A stretch of 64,000 nt of DNA from Candidatus Multivoradales bacterium (lineage in GTDB: Bacteria; Acidobacteriota; Thermoanaerobaculia; Multivoradales; Multivoraceae), in the NCBI GenBank assembly GCA_965223325.1, contig CBDCWI010000001.1, forward strand, positions 256,001 through 320,000, read 5' to 3'. The translations under genes were made by a program, and so were the position numbers. Shown one piece after another: positions 35,702 to 46,712 of this stretch. The notes beneath the pieces are model-generated. The model saw only the letters and a list, made by a program, of their open reading frames with translations. It searched no databases and was not told the DNA's origin. Position 1 is the first letter of the stretch, and each line of letters begins with the position of its first letter.

Positions 35702-38700
35702 CTACCACTGTTGCCGGTACCCGAAGGTCAGGGTGTACTGGCCGAAGTCGGAGCGCATCAAGTCGGTGTCCAACATGAAGTACAACAAGCGCGAATGCCG
35801 CAGCGTGAACTGCACACCGAGCCCGAGGTTGAAGTAATCGCGGTCGGGTCGGTCGGTCAGTAGGCGGAACTCCTGGCCGGTGGCGTCGATTCCGAAGGTG
35901 CCCGGGATGCGCCGGCTGTCGTTCTCGAACTCGTGGAAGTAGGAGACGCGGGCAACGGGGTTCATCACGCCCCAGCTGTAGGACACCGGCAGGGCCGCTT
36001 CGACTCCGGCTTCGGCGAGTTTGGAGTCGACTGTTTGTCTCTTCATGCTCACTGCCAGACCGCCGGCACCAACTTCGTCGAACCCGTCGATTTCGAGGCG
36101 GCTGAGAAGCCCGCGGCCGAAGCCCTCGAGCTGTACCCGACCGAGTGTCCAGTCGTAACCGGCGCCGAGGGAGAGGCTGACCTGGTTGCTGTCGGTGACA
36201 CCGCGCGCGGTATAGACCGTCTGGCCGTTGAAGGCGATCGGCAGAACGATCTGGCGACGGGTATCGAAGTCGAGCAGACCGTAGCTCAGCGCGCCATCGA
36301 AGAAGAACTGGCCGCGCTGCAGACCGCCGTAGGCGGTGAGGGTGTAACCGTTGGTGTCGATTGAACCAACGTCTCCGTGCAGGTCGGTGCTGCTGTCGAC
36401 ATAGCCGAGAGCGCCGCCCAGGTAGCCTTCGGCAAAGCGCCAGTCGGCACCAGCTGTCACGCCCCGGGTACTGACATCGTAGCCGGGCTCGACCGCCGTT
36501 CGATCGTGGTCGCCGATCGAGATGCGACCGTTGACGAACCAGCCGAGACGCGACTCACCGCTGTCTTCTTCGATGACCCGCTGGTCTTCGGAAAGTTCCT
36601 CGCGCTCGAGCACAATCTCGTCTTCATCGGCAACCCCGGCCTCCTGGCGGATCTCCGAGAGCGCACTGTCGACACCACGGTCGACGTCGGCGGTTTCGCC
36701 CTCATAGGACGAAACGCCCGAGGCCAGCTGGCCGGTGCCAACCGACTGCCCCTGCACATCGAAACCGAGCTGTGACAGGCCGTGTGAGCCGCTGCCGTTG
36801 CGCAGCGCCTGTTGACGCTGGGCAACGTTCTGGAGCTGGGTCGCGCTGGCGGCGAGTGCCAGGTCGCCCTTGATTGGCAGCGCGCTCGGAGTCAACGCAA
36901 CGACGGCGGCGCGCTGCAGGGCGCCATTCCCGAGCCCGTAGAGGTAGACGCACAGCTCGCGCATCTCGCCGACGGCCTCGAGACAGGCGCGGTCGAGCGC
37001 GTCGGCGACCGAACCTTCGCCTGAACCGTCTCCCTCGGGAAACAGGTCGCCGAGGTCACCTTCCACGGTGATCTGGAACTCCACCGGTGCACCGCCGGCT
37101 TCGAGGAGTGCTCGCACCACCCCACGCGACGGCAGATCGGCAGCGCGAACGGTCTGAACTGCACGGCCATTGCCATTCGAAAGCGTTTCGCGGCCGGTCA
37201 CCAGCGTGACGCCTTCGGCCTCCCAGAGCACCTTGGCGTTGGCGACCACTCGATCTTCGGCACCGAGGACCCTGACTTCGAGGGTGCGCTCCTCGCCGAC
37301 CTGCATCGAGATGTCGGTCTCGTCTGCCACCAGGCGCAAGGCCTCGTCGTCGTCGACAATCGTCACAACGTAGCTGTCGGTCGCAAGGAGCGCTGCGTCG
37401 GGAGTCATCAAGGTCAGGGCGACCTGGAAGGTCTCGTTGGCCTCGACCTGGATGTCATCGAGAAGGCCAATGCGAACCGACTGCTCACGCTTGTCGCCTG
37501 CCGCCCACTCGACGGTCTCGGTACGCGCATCAAAGTCACGACCGGCAGTGGCGCTCATTGAGAGTGAGCGCACCTCGACGGCAACTCGTGACTGAGGCTC
37601 GCTCGACAGCGCCAGGCGAACGGGAACACGACGGCCGGCCTCACCGACGCTCTGAGGCACCGTCACCACAACCTCTGGAAGGCCGGTCGGTTGCGCCACG
37701 TCGTCATCGTTGATGACCACCGTCGCGGAGGGCTCGAGCAGCTCGGCACCTGAAGGGTTCGAAAGCACCACCGAGAAGAACTCGTTGCCCTCCTCGAGAT
37801 CGTCACCGAGGACGGTGACACCGAGGGTCAGTTCATCCACACCGGCCGGGAACGAGAGCGTTTCGAAGCGCCCGATGTAGTCCCCGCCCGCGCCGCTCTC
37901 GGCACTGGCGTCCCGGGTCGTGAAATCGACCGTAACCACCGAGGTCGAGACCGGTTCGAGCCGCACCGTAACCAACGCACTCACCGCTTCGCCTGGACCT
38001 CCTTCGGGAACCTGATCGCCAATGATCTGAAGCATCGGCGTCACGGCGGCGGTGTCGTCGTCGAAGATTGTGCCGGTGGCGCGTTCGCCACCAACCACCA
38101 GGTCGACACCAACCGGGTCGCGGAGCACCAACTCCAACGTTTCGTTGGGCTCTTCGAGAGTATCTCCAGTGACCAGGACGAGAATCTGGGTGTCACCGTC
38201 GACCAGATCGAGGGTGCCGGTCTTGCCAACATAGTCGCCCTCGGTGGAGCTCGCCGTACCGTCGACGATGGCATAGTCGACCGTCGCGGGCGCACCCATC
38301 AAACCGGTCGTGGTCACGGTGAACTGAAGCGTTGCGTTGCCCTGATCACCCTCGGTGACACCACCCCCGTTGGCGCGCACCTGAGGCACTGGGGGTGGCA
38401 CATCATCGTTCTGGATGGTGATCGTGGCGATGTCCTTGGTGACGTTGACGAAGGTCGGGTCAGAACTCGAAATCCTGACGACGAAGGTCTCGTCGGCCTC
38501 GAAGTTGGTGTCGCCGTTGATGGTTACGTCGATCGTCTGGGGCACGGTGTCGGCTGGGCAGAGCGTGACCACTCCGGAGTCGAAGGCGTAGTCGGAATCG
38601 GCGACGGTCGCACCGTCGGGCGCCGTCCCGTCTTCGGTCAGCCAGCCGACATCGGTGCAGGCATCGACGGGGTCGTTGAGTTGCACCGTGATCGGCACAA

Positions 38701-40957
38701 CGAAGGAGCCACCGTTGGTCTCCTGAACTGTCGCCGGGTCGAGGAGCTGAAGTTCCGAAGGCACGGCGACGTCTTCGCTGATGATCACGCCCAGCCCCTC
38801 GACGACCTGCAGGAAAATCGGATCATCGCCAGTGCTCGCCGCACCGGTCAGGCGCACGAAGAAGTCTTCATTCGCCTCGACGTCCGCATCGTCGGTGACC
38901 GGAATCGCAATCGCGACAGCCAGCTGCCCGGCGACGATTGTCGCGCTACCTCCAGCGGTTCCCAGGTAGTCAGAACCGGCAGTTGCACTGCGATCGGCAG
39001 TCTCGTAACTCAGCACGACGTCTGAATCGAGCTGCTTGCTGAGGACGGCCTGGAAGACCAGCGGTGCTCCGGCGTCCTCAGAGACCGCGGCCGGCGGAGC
39101 TTCGAGGCTCAAGAACGCGCCGCCGTCGTCGTCCTGAATCCTGCCGATCGCAGAGTCGGCGGCCGATGTCCCGGCCACGCCAACGTCGATCGAGAAGGTC
39201 TCCTCGGACTCGTCGATCGTGTCGGCGACGATAGGAATCGAAAGCGTCGTCACTCGCTCCCCCGCCGGGTCATAGCTGGCTGGGGCAGGAACGATGTAGT
39301 CGGCGGCGGTGGCGGTGATCGGGGTGATTGCGAAGTTGATCTGCGCCCCGGGGATCGGCGCCTGTGACAGCTCAACCCGGAAGTTCATCGTCGGGTTGGC
39401 GCCGCTGCCTTCGACCACCGCCGCATCGCTGACGAAGACCGTCGGCTCATCTGCCGGATCGGCGGTGATGACGACGGTGGCGCTGGTTGCTCCGCTGTGG
39501 GTCGCACCCACAACGTTGGTGAGGAGCACGTTGAAGGTCTCGTTGGGCTCCCAGAGACTGTCCTGGAACGATGAAACACCGATATCGACATCGAGCGGAT
39601 CGGTCAGACCGTCGTAGTTGACGGTGATGGTGTTCGAGAAGGCATTGAAATCACTCCCGGCCGTTGCCGACCCCGAAACGATGCTGTACGAGATGTCGAC
39701 CGAGCCAGGACTCCCACCCAGGTTCGAGAGCTGGCCAGCGCTGATCGATCCGCCGCCTCCTTCGGCAATGGACCAAGTGCCGCCCCAGGTCAAGAGTGGG
39801 CCGGTTGGCACAGCGATACGGTCATAGATGTGCAACTCGCCATTGGCATCGCCAAAGGTGACACCGGGCGCTGCCGAACTCAGCTGAACGGTCAGGAGCT
39901 CGGTTCCCTCGCCTTCGGGCGGGTCGGCCAGAATGTCGAAGTTCAAGAGAACGGACGTCTCGCCTTCCGGGATCACCAGAAAGCCGCCGTCGGTAACACC
40001 AAAGGTCGGGTCAGGAACATAGTCCGTCCCGTTGATTGCGGTGCCGCCGTAGGTCACCTGAACCGAGAACGTCTGATGCTCGGCGTGATCGATCTCAACG
40101 AACAAGAACTTCCCAACCTGGCCGGTCGCGGGTTCGGTGATCGACGAATCGCGGATCGAGACACTCACGCCGTCGCCGGGATCGGCAGTGATTGTCGCTG
40201 TCGGTGACGGCGCGCTGGTGAGATCGAACGACTGGTGCGAGAATGAGTCGATCACCACGCTGAAGGTCTCGTCGCCTTCGTAGAAGGTGTCGTCTTGAAT
40301 CGGAACCGAGATCGCGAATGACGGTGCCCCCTGCGGAATCGAGACCGATCCGCCGGCAGTGCCCTGGTAGTCGCTCCCGTCTGCCGCGGTGCCTGGCACT
40401 GTGTGGTAGTTGACCGTCGAGGCGACGGGGGCCGGCTGGTCGAGGGTGAAGGTGAAGTTGGCGTTTCCAGAAGCCTCGGTAACCGTCAGGTTCGGATTGT
40501 TGGTGACCTGGACGAGGTCGTCATCGATGATCTCGAGCAGAACTGACGAGTCCCCCGGGTCTGCACCCTGGAGGTTGTCGAACACCACCCGGAACTGCTC
40601 GCGTAGCTCCCACGTCCCGTCGTCAACGAGGGCGATCGATTGGGTAACACTGTCGCCAACCGCGGCGAAGGTCAGCGTGCCGCTGTCGTTGACATAGTCA
40701 GCCCCGGCCTGAGCACTCATCGGCTCGATACGCCAGTCGACTTGCGCGATGCCCGGCGCACGGGCGTTCATGAGCGTGGCGGTAAACGATACGCTGCCTG
40801 AGGCCTCGGCGGCGCTCCCGCCCGTGGCGCGGACTTCGAGCTGGGCGGTGAGCATCGTCGCACTACTCACGAGAATCAGTAGGCCGAGCACGACCTTCCT
40901 GAAACAGGACACACGTTGTTGCATGACGCAGCGAGCCTGCGGGCACAAGCGAAACAT
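35702..40957 (-). CDS. Calx-beta repeat autotransporter (paralog B)
   Basis: Same architecture as paralog A; SD GGGGAG; ends FGYRQQW. Confidence 0.9.
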   Translation of the reverse strand: MFRLCPQARCVMQQRVSCFRKVVLGLLILVSSATMLTAQLEVRATGGSAAEASGSVSFTATLMNARAPGIAQVDWRIEPMSAQAGADYVNDSGTLTFAAVGDSVTQSIALVDDGTWELREQFRVVFDNLQGADPGDSSVLLEIIDDDLVQVTNNPNLTVTEASGNANFTFTLDQPAPVASTVNYHTVPGTAADGSDYQGTAGGSVSIPQGAPSFAISVPIQDDTFYEGDETFSVVIDSFSHQSFDLTSAPSPTATITADPGDGVSVSIRDSSITEPATGQVGKFLFVEIDHAEHQTFSVQVTYGGTAINGTDYVPDPTFGVTDGGFLVIPEGETSVLLNFDILADPPEGEGTELLTVQLSSAAPGVTFGDANGELHIYDRIAVPTGPLLTWGGTWSIAEGGGGSISAGQLSNLGGSPGSVDISYSIVSGSATAGSDFNAFSNTITVNYDGLTDPLDVDIGVSSFQDSLWEPNETFNVLLTNVVGATHSGATSATVVITADPADEPTVFVSDAAVVEGSGANPTMNFRVELSQAPIPGAQINFAITPITATAADYIVPAPASYDPAGERVTTLSIPIVADTIDESEETFSIDVGVAGTSAADSAIGRIQDDDGGAFLSLEAPPAAVSEDAGAPLVFQAVLSKQLDSDVVLSYETADRSATAGSDYLGTAGGSATIVAGQLAVAIAIPVTDDADVEANEDFFVRLTGAASTGDDPIFLQVVEGLGVIISEDVAVPSELQLLDPATVQETNGGSFVVPITVQLNDPVDACTDVGWLTEDGTAPDGATVADSDYAFDSGVVTLCPADTVPQTIDVTINGDTNFEADETFVVRISSSDPTFVNVTKDIATITIQNDDVPPPVPQVRANGGGVTEGDQGNATLQFTVTTTGLMGAPATVDYAIVDGTASSTEGDYVGKTGTLDLVDGDTQILVLVTGDTLEEPNETLELVLRDPVGVDLVVGGERATGTIFDDDTAAVTPMLQIIGDQVPEGGPGEAVSALVTVRLEPVSTSVVTVDFTTRDASAESGAGGDYIGRFETLSFPAGVDELTLGVTVLGDDLEEGNEFFSVVLSNPSGAELLEPSATVVINDDDVAQPTGLPEVVVTVPQSVGEAGRRVPVRLALSSEPQSRVAVEVRSLSMSATAGRDFDARTETVEWAAGDKREQSVRIGLLDDIQVEANETFQVALTLMTPDAALLATDSYVVTIVDDDEALRLVADETDISMQVGEERTLEVRVLGAEDRVVANAKVLWEAEGVTLVTGRETLSNGNGRAVQTVRAADLPSRGVVRALLEAGGAPVEFQITVEGDLGDLFPEGDGSGEGSVADALDRACLEAVGEMRELCVYLYGLGNGALQRAAVVALTPSALPIKGDLALAASATQLQNVAQRQQALRNGSGSHGLSQLGFDVQGQSVGTGQLASGVSSYEGETADVDRGVDSALSEIRQEAGVADEDEIVLEREELSEDQRVIEEDSGESRLGWFVNGRISIGDHDRTAVEPGYDVSTRGVTAGADWRFAEGYLGGALGYVDSSTDLHGDVGSIDTNGYTLTAYGGLQRGQFFFDGALSYGLLDFDTRRQIVLPIAFNGQTVYTARGVTDSNQVSLSLGAGYDWTLGRVQLEGFGRGLLSRLEIDGFDEVGAGGLAVSMKRQTVDSKLAEAGVEAALPVSYSWGVMNPVARVSYFHEFENDSRRIPGTFGIDATGQEFRLLTDRPDRDYFNLGLGVQFTLRHSRLLYFMLDTDLMRSDFGQYTLTFGYRQQW

Positions 40958-41074
40958 TGGAAACTCCCCATCAAATAGAAGCCTAGCCCGACTTGAGTCA
41001 GGCTGGGTTTGACAATGTTAACACGGTCTTGACCTTTTAAAACCCCATTTACTAGTTTTTCTAAATGAGATGAG

Positions 41075-42619
41075 ATGACGCAGCCAGCCCTTCTCGTCGC
41101 CAGTCGGCGCGTTCACACTTCGCTCGAAGCCGGCGCCGGCGATCCCACCCGCAAAGGCACCGTCGGGACTTCGGATGAGCGATCAGCCGCCCTCCTCATC
41201 CGCGGCGGCATCATCGAACGCGTCGAGTCGCTCTCCACCGACGAGTCCTGGGCGGCCGGACTGCGGTCCCTGACCAACCTGCTCGAGGCAGACACCGGGC
41301 AGCAACTCGAGGTCCTGGACCTGGGTCAGCGCTGGCTCACCCCCGCCTTCGTCAACCCGCACACCCACCTCGCCCTCGGGTTTCTAAGAGGTCGCAACCG
41401 CAGCCGCCATGCAGCAGCCCGGTTGGTGGAAGATTTCTACTACCCCTTCGAGAGCCGCTTGACCGCCGACGATGTGCGCGCCTTCACACGTCTAGGGGCC
41501 TACGAATCGCTCCTGGCGGGCGTCGGCCTGGTATGGGACCACTACTACTTCGCCACCGCGGTCGCTGAAGCGGTCTTCGAAACCGGTCTGTCGGCGGTCG
41601 TCGCCCCGACTCTCCAGGACCGCAGCGGGCCGGGAGCCGCTCGAGGTGAAGTCGCCCTGGCTGAAACCGAAGCTCTGGCCAACGGCGGGTGGAGCGAGCG
41701 CGGGGTCTTTGCCGCCCTCGGTCCGCACGCTTCCGACACGGCCAGCCTGGCGCTCTGGAAGAGCGCAGCAGAGGTCGCGCGCCGCCTCCGTCTGCCCCTC
41801 CATGCCCATCTCGCCCAGTCGCTCGGTGAGTGGCAGCAGGCGGTCGCGCGCCACGGAACCACACCGCTCGACCTGCTACTCAACGAAGGGGTCTTCGAAG
41901 GGCTCCCGAGTACCTTGCTCGTTCACCTGCTCTTTACGACCGATCACGAGATCCAGCGGCTCGACCAAGAGCGCGATCACCCGGTCTGGTGCCCGTCGGC
42001 GCAGATGGTCTTCGGCTTCCCGGCCGACCCGACACGCTTCGAGCGGCTGGGGCTTTCCTGGATGATCGCCACCGACACTTCGGTCGGCAACGACTCGATG
42101 AATCTGCAAAAGGAGCTGCGCCTGGCGGCCGGACTGCGCACCGCGGGCACCGCCTGGTCGGCGGAGTATCACGACTTCATCGGCACCGTCGACGGTGACA
42201 CCCGACACGGCAGACGAGCCGTGGACTTAGCGCGCAGACGACAGCACTTCTTCGAGGCAGCCACCGACCTCGCTCGCCCATCGAACCTCCTCGACCGGGT
42301 CTGGTCACATCCCGGAGCGCTGCACCCACACTTCACCGCCGGCGTGATCGCCCCCGGCGCTCTGGCCAACCTTGCCATCTGGGATACACGGCACCCGTCG
42401 TTCTGGCCAGCCGAAAGCCCCGACGAGCGACTTGCCGTTCTAGCAATGGGCGACACCACCGGAGCCCTCGACGGCCTGATCACCAACGGTCGGCTGGTAG
42501 GCAAGATTGGCGACTTCCAGCGTAGCCTGCTGTCGTCTGACGCCTACTCTGCCGCCCAGGACGAAGGCCGCCGGAGGCTGGTCGAACTGATCGAGCGCGC
42601 CGCCTTGCCGCCGGCCTGA
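41075..42619 (+). CDS. Amidohydrolase family protein (chlorohydrolase/nucleoside deaminase-like)
   Basis: PAFVNPHTH, GPHA, HAHLAQ, ATD..GNDS, G.IAPGALANLAIWD. Confidence 0.85.
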   Translation: MTQPALLVASRRVHTSLEAGAGDPTRKGTVGTSDERSAALLIRGGIIERVESLSTDESWAAGLRSLTNLLEADTGQQLEVLDLGQRWLTPAFVNPHTHLALGFLRGRNRSRHAAARLVEDFYYPFESRLTADDVRAFTRLGAYESLLAGVGLVWDHYYFATAVAEAVFETGLSAVVAPTLQDRSGPGAARGEVALAETEALANGGWSERGVFAALGPHASDTASLALWKSAAEVARRLRLPLHAHLAQSLGEWQQAVARHGTTPLDLLLNEGVFEGLPSTLLVHLLFTTDHEIQRLDQERDHPVWCPSAQMVFGFPADPTRFERLGLSWMIATDTSVGNDSMNLQKELRLAAGLRTAGTAWSAEYHDFIGTVDGDTRHGRRAVDLARRRQHFFEAATDLARPSNLLDRVWSHPGALHPHFTAGVIAPGALANLAIWDTRHPSFWPAESPDERLAVLAMGDTTGALDGLITNGRLVGKIGDFQRSLLSSDAYSAAQDEGRRRLVELIERAALPPA

Positions 42620-42791
42620 GGCTGGCCTCAACGCGCGTCGCGCTCTTGACCCGGTGCCCCAGATTTACGAGCATTGAACGATGGCCGGCTGATGCGACTC
42701 AGGTGGCGAGTCAAGGCGGCGCAGTGAAAGATGGTGAAAGAGCGCCCCTCCATTCCCGAGAGAAGACAGTGCAACCCCCACACCAGTACCG

Positions 42792-44075
42792 ATGAAAACG
42801 CTGACCGTTTTCTCACCTTTCATTGGCGACCTGGCGGCCGGCCCGCGCCCTTTTTGTTTAGCGGCTCTCACCCTGGCGACCATCGCCCAGCCCGGATGTA
42901 GCGACGGCCCGTTGGGCAGCCTCGATGACCTGCCCCTCGAGACGGCAGAGACCATTGCCCACTCGCGGCAGGAACGACTCAACACACCGATCGAACCGGT
43001 TGGACAGGAGGAGTACGAGCGCCTGCTTTCCGCCGGTGCCGGGGCATCGATCACTGCCGAGGACCTCACTGCGATTGCCGAGGGGGCAACGGCTGCGATT
43101 ACACAACGGATGAACGAAGTCGCCGCTCTTATCGACCCGGACTCGGCCGACTGGCGGGCGCATTTCGCCACTCTCCAGCAACAACACCCGGAGAACACCG
43201 AGGCGCTCCTGGCGAGCTACCGCGAGGAGCTCGACGAGGCCCGAGCATTTACCGAAACGCGTGACCTGGTCACCTTGCCGAACCAGGAAATGCGGGTAGT
43301 CGAGGTCGGCAACATTGCCATCCGCCAGGCTTTTCCGCTTGCCCTCTACCTCGACGGCAAGCTGGGCGTCACACCTTCAGCAACGCTCGAAGAAGACCCG
43401 GCCTACCTGGTGAACCACTGTGATGTGTGTATTCCGCCTCTGGCCATTCACGAGGGCTACCCAGGACATCACGTCGGGTTCTGGCACCTCGACAACTCAA
43501 TCGCCGAGAAGGCGAAGCGGCGGCGGCAACGCAATCTCTTCGTGCTCGAAGGCTGGGCGCTCTACTCCGAGATCATGCTCCTCGACCTCGACTACTACGG
43601 TGATGACCTGGATGCCATCCTGGGGGCGTGGCGCTCGATTCTTCATCGCTCGCTACGAGCTGCGATCGACCCCAAGCTCCACCTGGCCGAGATCACTCCC
43701 GAGGCTGCCGTCGAGCGCTACCAGCGCGAGTTGATGATGACTGAGGATGCAGCCATCACGGAGGTGCGCCGTCATCTGTCGCAGCCGACCACCAAGGTGA
43801 CCTACTTCGTCGGGCTTCTCCAACTACTCGACCTACGGATGGGTCTGGCACAGTCAGACAGAGAGCTGAGCGAGCGCGAGATCCACGACGGCATCCTCAG
43901 CCTCCACCGCCCCTACCCGGAAGTCGCACAGGAGGTCTTCGAGACGCCCTTGCGATCCTTCAGCGAACTGGGCTCCGATCTTCCCTGGTCCAGCCCGTCG
44001 CCTGCTACGACGTCGGGCTCGTGGTTCGAGCGTCTGCGTCTGCCTCCGCTCGCAATCGAGACTCCAAGCGGCTGA
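42792..44075 (+). CDS. DUF885-family protein (zincin-like), possibly a lipoprotein
   Basis: HEGYPGHH and EGWALYSE motifs, R..ID.KLH, Y.VG.LQLLDLR; AQPGC possible lipobox. Confidence 0.8.
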   Translation: MKTLTVFSPFIGDLAAGPRPFCLAALTLATIAQPGCSDGPLGSLDDLPLETAETIAHSRQERLNTPIEPVGQEEYERLLSAGAGASITAEDLTAIAEGATAAITQRMNEVAALIDPDSADWRAHFATLQQQHPENTEALLASYREELDEARAFTETRDLVTLPNQEMRVVEVGNIAIRQAFPLALYLDGKLGVTPSATLEEDPAYLVNHCDVCIPPLAIHEGYPGHHVGFWHLDNSIAEKAKRRRQRNLFVLEGWALYSEIMLLDLDYYGDDLDAILGAWRSILHRSLRAAIDPKLHLAEITPEAAVERYQRELMMTEDAAITEVRRHLSQPTTKVTYFVGLLQLLDLRMGLAQSDRELSEREIHDGILSLHRPYPEVAQEVFETPLRSFSELGSDLPWSSPSPATTSGSWFERLRLPPLAIETPSG

Positions 44076-44122
44076 CGTCGGAGTTCAACCAGCGGGCGAC
44101 ACATCGTGAAATGATCGCCGCA

Positions 44123-46180
44123 ATGTCTGATTCCAAAACGAGGCGGATCTTCGTCTCCAGTGCGCTGCCCTATGCCAACGGCTCGATTCATCTCGGCCAC
44201 ATGGTGGAGGTGACGCAATGCGACATCTGGGTGCGCTATCAGCGCCTGGTGGGTCACGACTGCTACTACGTCTGTGCCGACGACACCCACGGAACCGCAA
44301 CCATGCTGCGCGCCGAGGCAGAAGGTACGACCCCCGAAGCTTTGATCGCTGCGGTCGAAGAAGAGCACGTTCGGGACTTCGCCAGGTTCGCCGTGCACTT
44401 CGACAACTTCACCGGCACCAACGCGCCCGAGAACCGCGAACTCACCGAGACGTTCTACAAGCGCCTCGACGCGGCCGGGACGATCGCCAAACGCAGCGTC
44501 GAACAGCTCTACGATCCGGAACGCGAAATGTTCCTTCCCGACCGCTACGTGAGAGGCGGTTGCCCGGTTTGCAAGACCCCCGATCAGTACGGAGACAGCT
44601 GCGATCACTGTGGTAGCACCTACTCACCGACCGAACTCATCGACCCCCGGTCGGTGGTGTCGGGTGAGACCCCCGTGCTCCGTCGGTCCGAGCACTACTT
44701 CGTCGAGCTCAGTAAGTACGAGGACATGCTGCGCGAGTGGGTGTCTCTAGATCGGCTGCAAGTCGAGGTCGTCAACAAACTGCAGGAGTGGTTCGACGCA
44801 GGCCTTCGAGACTGGGACATCTCACGCGACGCGCCCTACTTCGGCTTCGAGATTCCAGGCGCTCCCGGGAAGTACTTCTACGTCTGGGTCGATGCGCCGA
44901 TCGGCTACCTTGCCTCCTTCCGCCAGCTGTGCGAACGCGAGGGCCTCGACTTCGACGCCTTCTGGGATCCCGAACGGGCGAAGGAAGAGGAGACCGAGGT
45001 CTTCCACTTCATCGGCAAAGACATTCTCTACTTCCACTGCCTGTTCTGGCCGGCGATGCTTCGAGGGGCTGGTTTCCGGTTGCCCGACGCCGTCTTCGTC
45101 CACGGGTTTCTCACCGTCGACGGCAAGAAGATGTCGAAATCGCGCGGCACCTTCATCAACGCCGCAACCTGGGCCAAGCATCTCGAACCCGACACCTTCC
45201 GCTACTACATCGCCGCCAAGCTCGGCCCCAACCTGGCCGACATCGATCTCAACCTCGAGGACTTCCAGAACCGGGTCAACTCCGACCTGGTGGGCAAGTT
45301 CGTCAACATTGCCAGCCGTTGTGCAGGCTTTCTCGAGAAGCGCTTCGATGGGCGCCTGGGGGCAACCCTCGATCAGCCGGAACTGCTCGAGCGGCTTTCG
45401 CTTGCTGGCGAAGAGATCGGTGCGGCGATCGAAGGTCTCGACTACAACCGCGCGGTGCGTCGCATCATGGCGGTCGCCGACGAGGCCAACCGCTACATCG
45501 ACGAGCGCAAACCCTGGGAGATCGCTCGCCAAGACGATCGCCAGGAAGAGCTCCACGCTGTCTGCACGACCGGAATCCATCTGTTCAAGATGCTGGCGAC
45601 CTGGCTCGGACCGATCGTGCCAGCAACCGTCGAGCGTGCCGAGGCGTTCCTGGCGACGGGTCCGCTCCTGTGGAAAGACGCCGGGACTCTTCTCGGGGAG
45701 CACCAGCTCAACACCTTCAAACCGCTCCTGACCCGAGTCCAGCCCGAGGACATTCAAGCCATGATCGAAGAATCCAAGACCGAAGCTCTAGACGACAAGG
45801 CCAAAGAAGAGACGGTACCTGCGACCGGGCCGCTGGCAGACGACCCGATCGCCGCGGAGGTCGAGTTTCCCGACTTCGCCAAAGTCGACCTGCGAGTGGT
45901 TCGCATCGTGCGCGCGCAGCACGTCGAGGGGGCCGACAAGCTGTTGCAGCTGACCCTCGACCTCGGCGGCGAGGAGAGAAACGTCTTTGCGGGCATCAAG
46001 TCGGCCTACGAACCCCAAGGGCTCGAGGGTCGGTTGACGGTCATGGTCGCCAATCTCGCACCGCGCAAGATGCGTTTCGGCGTTTCAGAAGGCATGGTCC
46101 TGGCGGCCGGGCCGGGCGGAAGCGACATCTTCCTGCTCGAACCGGACAGTGGTGCGGTGCCCGGCATGCGCGTCTCGTGA
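44123..46180 (+). CDS. metG: Methionine--tRNA ligase
   Basis: [14 protein letters not shown] (HIGH), Zn knuckle CPVC...[22 protein letters not shown]-terminal tRNA-binding domain. Confidence 0.98.
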   Translation: MSDSKTRRIFVSSALPYANGSIHLGHMVEVTQCDIWVRYQRLVGHDCYYVCADDTHGTATMLRAEAEGTTPEALIAAVEEEHVRDFARFAVHFDNFTGTNAPENRELTETFYKRLDAAGTIAKRSVEQLYDPEREMFLPDRYVRGGCPVCKTPDQYGDSCDHCGSTYSPTELIDPRSVVSGETPVLRRSEHYFVELSKYEDMLREWVSLDRLQVEVVNKLQEWFDAGLRDWDISRDAPYFGFEIPGAPGKYFYVWVDAPIGYLASFRQLCEREGLDFDAFWDPERAKEEETEVFHFIGKDILYFHCLFWPAMLRGAGFRLPDAVFVHGFLTVDGKKMSKSRGTFINAATWAKHLEPDTFRYYIAAKLGPNLADIDLNLEDFQNRVNSDLVGKFVNIASRCAGFLEKRFDGRLGATLDQPELLERLSLAGEEIGAAIEGLDYNRAVRRIMAVADEANRYIDERKPWEIARQDDRQEELHAVCTTGIHLFKMLATWLGPIVPATVERAEAFLATGPLLWKDAGTLLGEHQLNTFKPLLTRVQPEDIQAMIEESKTEALDDKAKEETVPATGPLADDPIAAEVEFPDFAKVDLRVVRIVRAQHVEGADKLLQLTLDLGGEERNVFAGIKSAYEPQGLEGRLTVMVANLAPRKMRFGVSEGMVLAAGPGGSDIFLLEPDSGAVPGMRVS

Positions 46181-46695
46181 ACGCGACGTCCAGCGATCTC
46201 GACCGGGCGAACCTCAACTGGCGCACATGGCTGGGCCGCCTCGTTCGGCTCGAGTGGATTCTGTTCGGATTCACGAGCCTTCTCATCCTCAGTTCCATCG
46301 CCTTCGTTCTGACCGACGGCTTTCTGCCGCGCCTCGATGCTGGCCTCGACCTCGCTTCGGGCCGCGGCCAGTACGACCAGGTCTACCTCTTCATTGGCGC
46401 CATCTTCTTCACCTGCGAATGGCTGGTCATGCCGTTCGGTCCCGGCCGCCCGTGGGCGGTGGTTTTAAAGGCGGTCGGTTTTCTCGGCATCTGGAGTGCC
46501 CAGGCGATCGCGCTCACGATGATCGCCGTCGGTTCGATTTCACGCACCGTTCTCGAGGGTCACAACATCCCGCTCTCGATCTGGTGCCTGACCTTCATCG
46601 TCTCGGCACCCACAGTGCTGGTGCTGATGGTGCCGTGGGTAAAGCGTATGAACGCCGAGCGCCGGGAACACATCGCGACGGCTCTTCGCTCCTAG
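46177..46695 (+). CDS. Hypothetical membrane protein (about 4 TM)
   Basis: GTG overlaps the metG stop (GTGA); 3' part of ORF 44737-46695 with four hydrophobic helices. Confidence 0.65.
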   Translation: MNATSSDLDRANLNWRTWLGRLVRLEWILFGFTSLLILSSIAFVLTDGFLPRLDAGLDLASGRGQYDQVYLFIGAIFFTCEWLVMPFGPGRPWAVVLKAVGFLGIWSAQAIALTMIAVGSISRTVLEGHNIPLSIWCLTFIVSAPTVLVLMVPWVKRMNAERREHIATALRS

Positions 46696-46712
46696 TGTTC
46701 AGACCATGTGAC

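Noticed and set aside
35202-35837. Paralogous small + strand ORFs here and at 29523-29951
   Set aside because: Their similarity is explained by the duplicated DNA and antisense overlap with the autotransporter 3' ends; low-complexity products without RBS
44737-46176. 5' part of the 652-aa ORF overlapping metG in another frame
   Set aside because: Arg-rich off-frame translation; only the part from GTG 46177 looks like a real membrane protein
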